This document shows, piece after piece, positions 61,525 through 64,000 of a stretch of 64,000 bases of DNA. A program made the translations under genes and the position numbers. Below the pieces are notes generated by a model. The model had not been told where the DNA came from, made no database searches, and was given only the letters and a program-made list of their open reading frames with translations. Within the stretch, counting starts at the first letter, position 1; every line of letters begins with the position of its first letter. Source of the stretch: Acidimicrobiia bacterium (lineage in GTDB: Bacteria; Actinomycetota; Acidimicrobiia; Spongiisociales; Spongiisociaceae); assembly GCA_041576165.1 (NCBI GenBank), contig JBFGLM010000025.1, positions 10,060-74,059 on the forward strand, read 5' to 3'.

Positions 61525-63090
61525 TCAGTCGTAGAGTTCGACGATGAAGGGGTTGACGCCGATCCCGCCGGGCGGGGGATCGCCCCGTAACGCTTCCGGC
61601 AGTGCCGCGTCCGGGATCACGAATGATGTGACCTGTTTCATGGAGTAGCCGCCGCCGGTGCACGGGCTGAGCGCCACCTCGGCGCCCGAGCCGTCGTCCT
61701 CCACGCAACCCTGGCCGGGATGGTGCAGCACATAGTCGCCGCCTTTCTTCCAGAGCGTGGACTGGATGTAGATCGCCCGGAAGCGCTTGATGTGGAGCCA
61801 GCTGTTGCCGCTCCCCAGCGTCGATTCCCAGAATTCGGGCACGTAGCCGAAGCGAGCATAGTTGTCACCGAGCGAACTCTTGAAGATGACACCATATGAA
61901 CCGGCGCCCGCCACATAGTCGTCGATGCAGGCTTGCATGTGCTGCCAGGACAGGCCTTCCCCATCATCGACACCGTCCCCAGTCCAATCAACTGCGCCGG
62001 CAACAAAGAGATTCGGATGGCAAGAGGCCGGCCCGTCGGAGCCAGGACCGGTGTACGTCGCACCGGACGATATCGGCCGTAGGTAGTACCAGAGCGGGGT
62101 GTTGTCGACGGTGCGGCCGAACACCGACATGTCGTTGCTCCCGTATTGCGCCAGTCGCGGTGTCCAACCGCCCGGCACCGGCCCGACCAACCCTTCCTCC
62201 GCACCGTTGTTGGGGAATCCGGTATCGGTGTTGAGGGTGTCGACATATGGCTGGTAACAGGTGTCCCGTACCTCATTGGCCGCTACCCCGTCCTTGTCCG
62301 GCACGACCACATGGTCGACGCCGTGCGCAATGTTCTGCGCCAGCACCGCGCCCAGCGGGCTCGCGTTGCAGTTGGCTGTGGTGGGCGGGCTGTACTCACT
62401 GTTGCCGAACTTGCGGGCTTTGAGCGTGCCGAAGTTGCCGCTCGTTGAACCCGTGCACGGATCGATGGCCAGCCCGCTCGGAGCAGAGCTCATGCAAATG
62501 TGTCCTCCGTTCCCGGCCCCCAGCGGGATCCCGAAAGGCAGGATGCCGCCGTTGCCGACCGGACGGATGCGCGAAACGGCCACAGCCTGGGTGCTCAGCT
62601 GATCCACGCCGATGATCGGGGCGAAGGCGGTGTTGATGACCTGGTGCGGCACCCGCACCCGGAGCAGTCCGCGAGCCGCCTCGGCTGAAATGCACCAGTT
62701 GGACGGGTCGGTCACCGCCCAGCCGGCCGGTGCGGGCAAGGCTACGAAGTTGCCGCCGCCGGCGTTTCGCTCCGCAGCCGGGTCGACGCAGGATTCCCAC
62801 AGAGCCTGCCATTCAGCATTGCTGTAGGTGGTGGGCAGGTTGAGGCGGACGTAGTTCAGCGCCTGATCGCGGACTGCGGGGCCGCCGTTGAGCGACTCGA
62901 CGGCGCCCCCGGTGGCCCCGGCGTCGACCGCCGTCTGATCCGCCCGGCGCTCGTTCACGCCGAGGCCGTAATCCACCGCCAGCGCCGCCATACCGAGGAA
63001 CAGCACCATGCCGGCCCCCACCAACAGCGCGGTGGCTCCCCGATCGTCTGAAAACCGAGCTCCCCAGCCCCAGCGTCGCCCCCTCGTCAC
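61525..63090 (-). CDS. Tad pilus TadG-like protein (copy B)
   Basis: DDRGATA + TM + VDYG, GNFG motif; GTGA overlap with tadE. Confidence 0.8.
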   Translation of the reverse strand: MTRGRRWGWGARFSDDRGATALLVGAGMVLFLGMAALAVDYGLGVNERRADQTAVDAGATGGAVESLNGGPAVRDQALNYVRLNLPTTYSNAEWQALWESCVDPAAERNAGGGNFVALPAPAGWAVTDPSNWCISAEAARGLLRVRVPHQVINTAFAPIIGVDQLSTQAVAVSRIRPVGNGGILPFGIPLGAGNGGHICMSSAPSGLAIDPCTGSTSGNFGTLKARKFGNSEYSPPTTANCNASPLGAVLAQNIAHGVDHVVVPDKDGVAANEVRDTCYQPYVDTLNTDTGFPNNGAEEGLVGPVPGGWTPRLAQYGSNDMSVFGRTVDNTPLWYYLRPISSGATYTGPGSDGPASCHPNLFVAGAVDWTGDGVDDGEGLSWQHMQACIDDYVAGAGSYGVIFKSSLGDNYARFGYVPEFWESTLGSGNSWLHIKRFRAIYIQSTLWKKGGDYVLHHPGQGCVEDDGSGAEVALSPCTGGGYSMKQVTSFVIPDAALPEALRGDPPPGGIGVNPFIVELYD

Positions 63091-63500
63091 GTGCAAAGAC
63101 CCGATCCGTTCGACCACGATGGGTTCTGTTCGATCCGGACCTTGACCTCGGACTGTAGGTTGGCCGGAAGCCAGCCGTTGAAGAAGCCGGTGGCCGACTG
63201 CAGCGGCGCTAGCACGGTCACGGTCGCTTCCTGCCCGATCGATCCGCCGGCCCCGGCGATTGTGATCGTCGCTCCAGTGGCGAGATCCATCCGGTCGCAC
63301 GCGTCGGTGAGGTCGTAGTCGTCGGTGGCCAGCATCCGGCTCGCCTCACGTGCGCCGTGACGCACGTCGAGCTGCTGGCTGAGAGCAAAGCCGAATTCGA
63401 CGATGCCGAGCACCACCGTCAACAGCAGCGGAAGCAGTACCGCGAATTCGACGAGGGCGGCGCCCCGTTCATTGTTTCCCTGGACCCTGGCAGTAGTCAT
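63087..63500 (-). CDS. TadE-like pseudopilin (copy B)
   Basis: ERGAALVEFA..LP..GIVEFG; GGGGGA SD. Confidence 0.88.
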   Translation of the reverse strand: MTTARVQGNNERGAALVEFAVLLPLLLTVVLGIVEFGFALSQQLDVRHGAREASRMLATDDYDLTDACDRMDLATGATITIAGAGGSIGQEATVTVLAPLQSATGFFNGWLPANLQSEVKVRIEQNPSWSNGSGLCT

Positions 63501-63730
63501 CTATCCCCCGGCACCTGTCCGCTGGCGAATCGGACGGGCACGTACCCGGCGATTGTCCCACGGCTCATGTGCAACGTCGCGTATTTGTTGCGACAACACT
63601 CGGATTTCACTTGTCTTTTTGGTTCGGAAGCGGTGCGGTCCCCAACAGCCGCGCCGTCCAAAACTCTCTCACTCGCTTTGTATCGGCATCTCCTCACATT
63701 TCTTCAATGCTGGAGTGCCCGTCTCGAACC

Positions 63731-64000
63731 TCAGGGACGTTTGCTGCTGTTCTTGCCGCCCCGGCCGCTGGTGTCCCTGTTCGCCGGTCCCGCGCCGTCC
63801 TCGTTGCCGGCGTCGCCGCCGGTGAGGTCGGGTCTGCCGGCGTCCTCTGCAGCGGTATCACCGGATGCCTGCCCGGGAAGCGTCCCCTCCTGACCTGGAG
63901 GCGTTGCCTCCTGACCTGGAGGCGTTGCCTCCTGACCTGGAGGCGTTGCCTCCTGACCTGGAGGCGTTGCCTCCTGACCTGGAGGCGTTGCCTCCTGACC
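63731..64000 (-). CDS. C-terminus of low-complexity PPGQ-repeat protein (5' truncated)
   Basis: Open frame (GQEATPP)n..GKNSSKRP-stop. Confidence 0.65.
   Translation of the reverse strand, partial: GQEATPPGQEATPPGQEATPPGQEATPPGQEATPPGQEGTLPGQASGDTAAEDAGRPDLTGGDAGNEDGAGPANRDTSGRGGKNSSKRP
63886..64000. repeat. Perfect 21-bp tandem repeat (at least 5.5 copies)
   Basis: CCTCCTGACCTGGAGGCGTTG repeated to window end. Confidence 0.95.

Noticed and set aside
63886-64000. Possible CRISPR array
   Set aside because: Units are contiguous with no spacers and are in frame with a coding region.
54740-64000. Integrated element at tmRNA
   Set aside because: No integrase and no duplicated tmRNA 3' end seen downstream by eye.

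Overview
High-GC actinobacterial core-genome window, probably Acidimicrobiia (inferred from Cys-paired SLH repeats, gene order and a retained prfB frameshift). It holds the conserved blocks cofE-cofD / GT2 / DUF5719 / DUF3499 / manB / ahcY, comF-hpf-RR-secA, prfB-ftsEX-M23-smpB-ssrA and mec-MBL-rph-rdgB. It also carries a B12/biotin propionyl-CoA cluster, surface-glycan genes and two tandem TadE/TadG cassettes. I found no integrase, transposase or CRISPR array. Best leads: (1) a rod-shaped 6S/Ms1-like ncRNA candidate at ~15126-15286; (2) adjacent HEAT-repeat and HD-GYP genes sharing an unnamed N-terminal domain, inserted into the hpf-secA operon, with a stand-alone Hpt gene after secA; (3) a multi-stem RNA leader before a tiny zinc-ribbon gene in a cluster of Cys-rich microproteins; (4) a convergent pair of enzymes with altered catalytic residues; (5) the +1 prfB frameshift. 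All calls come from reading motifs by eye; no searches were run.
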